A stretch of 64,000 nucleotides of DNA from a virus: IMG/VR virus record IMGVR_UViG_3300042878_002532, positions 1 through 64,000 of that record; one strand, 5' to 3'. Below the pieces are notes generated by a model that saw nothing but the letters and a program-made list of their open reading frames with translations, was not told where the DNA came from and made no database searches. Both the position numbers and the translations under genes were made by a program. This document shows, piece after piece, positions 63,401 to 64,000 of the stretch; position 1 is the stretch's first letter, and the number at the start of each line of letters is the position of its first letter.

Positions 63401-64000
63401 CAGTTGCACAAATATTCGAATGGGCTAAGATGAAGTGGGATTCAGCTCCTAGTAAAAATTGGTCATGGAATGTCGGAGTTGCCGTTAGGTCATATGCAAA
63501 ATTGGCTTCTGATATAAGTAAAAATACGGACTTTTTTGGTATAGGATTGTCTTTGCCTGTTAAAATCGTATCTTCAATTATTTCTGTAGGACATATTATA
63601 CAAAAAAACAAAAAGGCACTAACAAGTTATTTGAATCCTGCATTTGTGCCTATTTTGGCAGTAAGTGTTAGGGGTTATGTTAGGTTAACTGACTTTGTTG
63701 CAAAAAGTGCTGGTATGTTAATGAACGAAAGTGGTGTTAGAACCGTTGCTGTTCAGATGGCCACTACTGCCAAAATATTAGAAAAAAACAAAAAGTATTT
63801 CTCTTATTTGATTCCGAGAAACTTTATAGCCAATTTGGCACCTAACTTATTAGGGTATGCTACAATGGCAAGGGCTTTGGAGAAGATGATGACGATTACC
63901 GAAAAGAAATTCATACCTTTAAGTGCATTGGGTGGAACCGACGTTAGTTATAAGACTACTAGACCTGCAGATATTTCTATTGTCAATAGAGTTGCTGCAC
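60457..64000 (+). CDS. Tape-measure-like, highly hydrophobic repeat protein (runs off the window end)
   Basis: ATG 60457 (MDQKLLSALNNLSEGLE..), apparently open to the window end; ~68-aa hydrophobic repeats. Absent from the ORF track because it has no stop in the window. Confidence 0.75.
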   Translation, partial: MDQKLLSALNNLSEGLEAIAEALKESGGSGNKSATTSALQGGSFTKEIQEINVGVKQLMKDSKQILKNQETIISLSKKSAGDKKSDFEKAGGDKKKESQIKKGIGTILLIAVAVLAIGMAFKLVGKIDFLSVVGLGLAMLIMSEAFVKIAKTKMTIKEAAIASLAMVMMAIAVTLSSWVLKMISPIGIAQLLTGIAITAMFYIMAPKFAMLLNAVNNSFKKVSYADIIKVTVILVAMSVAITLSSWVLRLITPLSLGQIITGIGITVMFYVVSNFLPKLAISVIAVSKIMSKKDLALLPIMLVAFSIAITLSSWILRMIAPMSFGQIITGIAITAMFWIVSNFLPKLALAVIAVSKIMSKKDLVLLPLMMVAFSIAIMLSSLILKLIQPLSFGQIITTIVVTAVFWAISMFLTDIAIGVIMVDKILGKNKIWMIPLVYVAISAAIMVAGFLFSMTPELGWKQMVGILLIGLIFAGLAYVMPDMAIGLVIMEKALGKGKMWLIPLVYVAIAAAIMVSSHILNASAEIPWMKLLNILVFSVVLVIAVALIGLLSLLLVKVIGLTTILKGSLCIVAIATSIMLASWLLTKGSYKKYPDWKWVLFAALAIVVFGLIGWLLMKIGSLSTYIKGGIAILAVATTIMLTSHIINAGNYKKYPKLAWSLGVGAALLAFGLAAVGLGLVMMFDGGLSLLLGSLGILGVSATIVAASHILAQGKYGKFPSLGWSVSVGLALAAFGGGMVLLGGLIIASFGIGGLMLAAGAKAVLKVAETIVKSSHILAKGNWKKGPTVEWASGVAIALGAFAPIYSMLLENAPGLFSAGGGVGPDDFARAIVTVSKGIMTAAAEFASPKNKSVWKGGPTQAWATGVGIALGAFAPVYMMLLNNAPGIFSKGGGVGPEDFAKAVMTVSRGIIAAAGVFALNTAQFEEGKYPSVKWGQGVGAALNAFAPVFTALSKDTGWFTSGDEVITNMVSGVIRLAGAIVTVAQIFEWAKMKWDSAPSKNWSWNVGVAVRSYAKLASDISKNTDFFGIGLSLPVKIVSSIISVGHIIQKNKKALTSYLNPAFVPILAVSVRGYVRLTDFVAKSAGMLMNESGVRTVAVQMATTAKILEKNKKYFSYLIPRNFIANLAPNLLGYATMARALEKMMTITEKKFIPLSALGGTDVSYKTTRPADISIVNRVAA
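60973..62790 (+). repeat. About 10 protein repeats; the first six at an exact 204-nt (68-aa) period
   Basis: Equivalent positions at 60973, 61177, 61381, 61585, 61789, 61993, then 62188, 62371, 62563, 62764. Confidence 0.85.

Noticed and set aside
157-63611. Many short antisense or alternative-frame ORFs in the track (157..372, 12019..12321, 15831..16295, 30251..30778, 31872..32165, 60600..60908, 63261..63611 and others)
   Set aside because: They lie opposite or inside well-supported genes and have no motifs or promoters; treated as shadow ORFs.
1-64000. Stop-codon reassignment (TAG or TGA) as in Lak or some crAss-like phages
   Set aside because: Genes are full length and densely packed under code 11; TAG and TGA end intact genes (for example 11544, 33290, 7028, 37465).
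1-64000. tRNA, rRNA, integrase or transposase
   Set aside because: No cloverleaf or recombinase motifs recognised; intergenic gaps are short and explained by promoters and terminators. tRNAscan was not run.

Overview
A low-GC, gene-dense segment of a large lytic T4-like myophage (jumbo-phage style) that uses the standard genetic code. The host is most likely a Bacteroidetes bacterium: NusA, M42 peptidase, LETM1-like and DUF6576-like domains look Bacteroidetes-like, three TAnnTTTG -7 promoter boxes are present, and start contexts are A-rich without Shine-Dalgarno sequences. It encodes a baseplate/tail module (about 11.6-27.6 kb) with several peptidoglycan-acting domains; replication and recombination genes (UvsW, primase, sliding clamp, UvsY, and only the C-terminal half of a family-B DNA polymerase); host-derived genes (nusA, SlyD-like PPIase, LpxH-like hydrolase plus glycosyltransferase, clpP, M42 peptidase, aminotransferase, ppk2); lysins; and the start of a very hydrophobic tape-measure-like gene. 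No tRNA, rRNA or CRISPR array was seen. Most notable patterns: (1) about 18 unrelated proteins, including enzymes, share a T4-capsid-targeting-like N-terminal peptide and mostly lie behind a TAATATATA promoter, suggesting a packaged and injected cargo set; (2) 8 other unrelated small proteins share an R-[DEN]-x-K-[IL]-x-x-[IL]-[LF] tag, usually near the C-terminus; (3) an L,D-transpeptidase-like domain is split between the gp5-like spike gene and the next gene, while an intact paralog is also in the window; (4) the baseplate cell-wall enzymes share adaptor-like modules; (5) the DNA polymerase is split; (6) there are three DUF6576-like helical domains. All family assignments come from motifs recognised by eye; no database searches were run.
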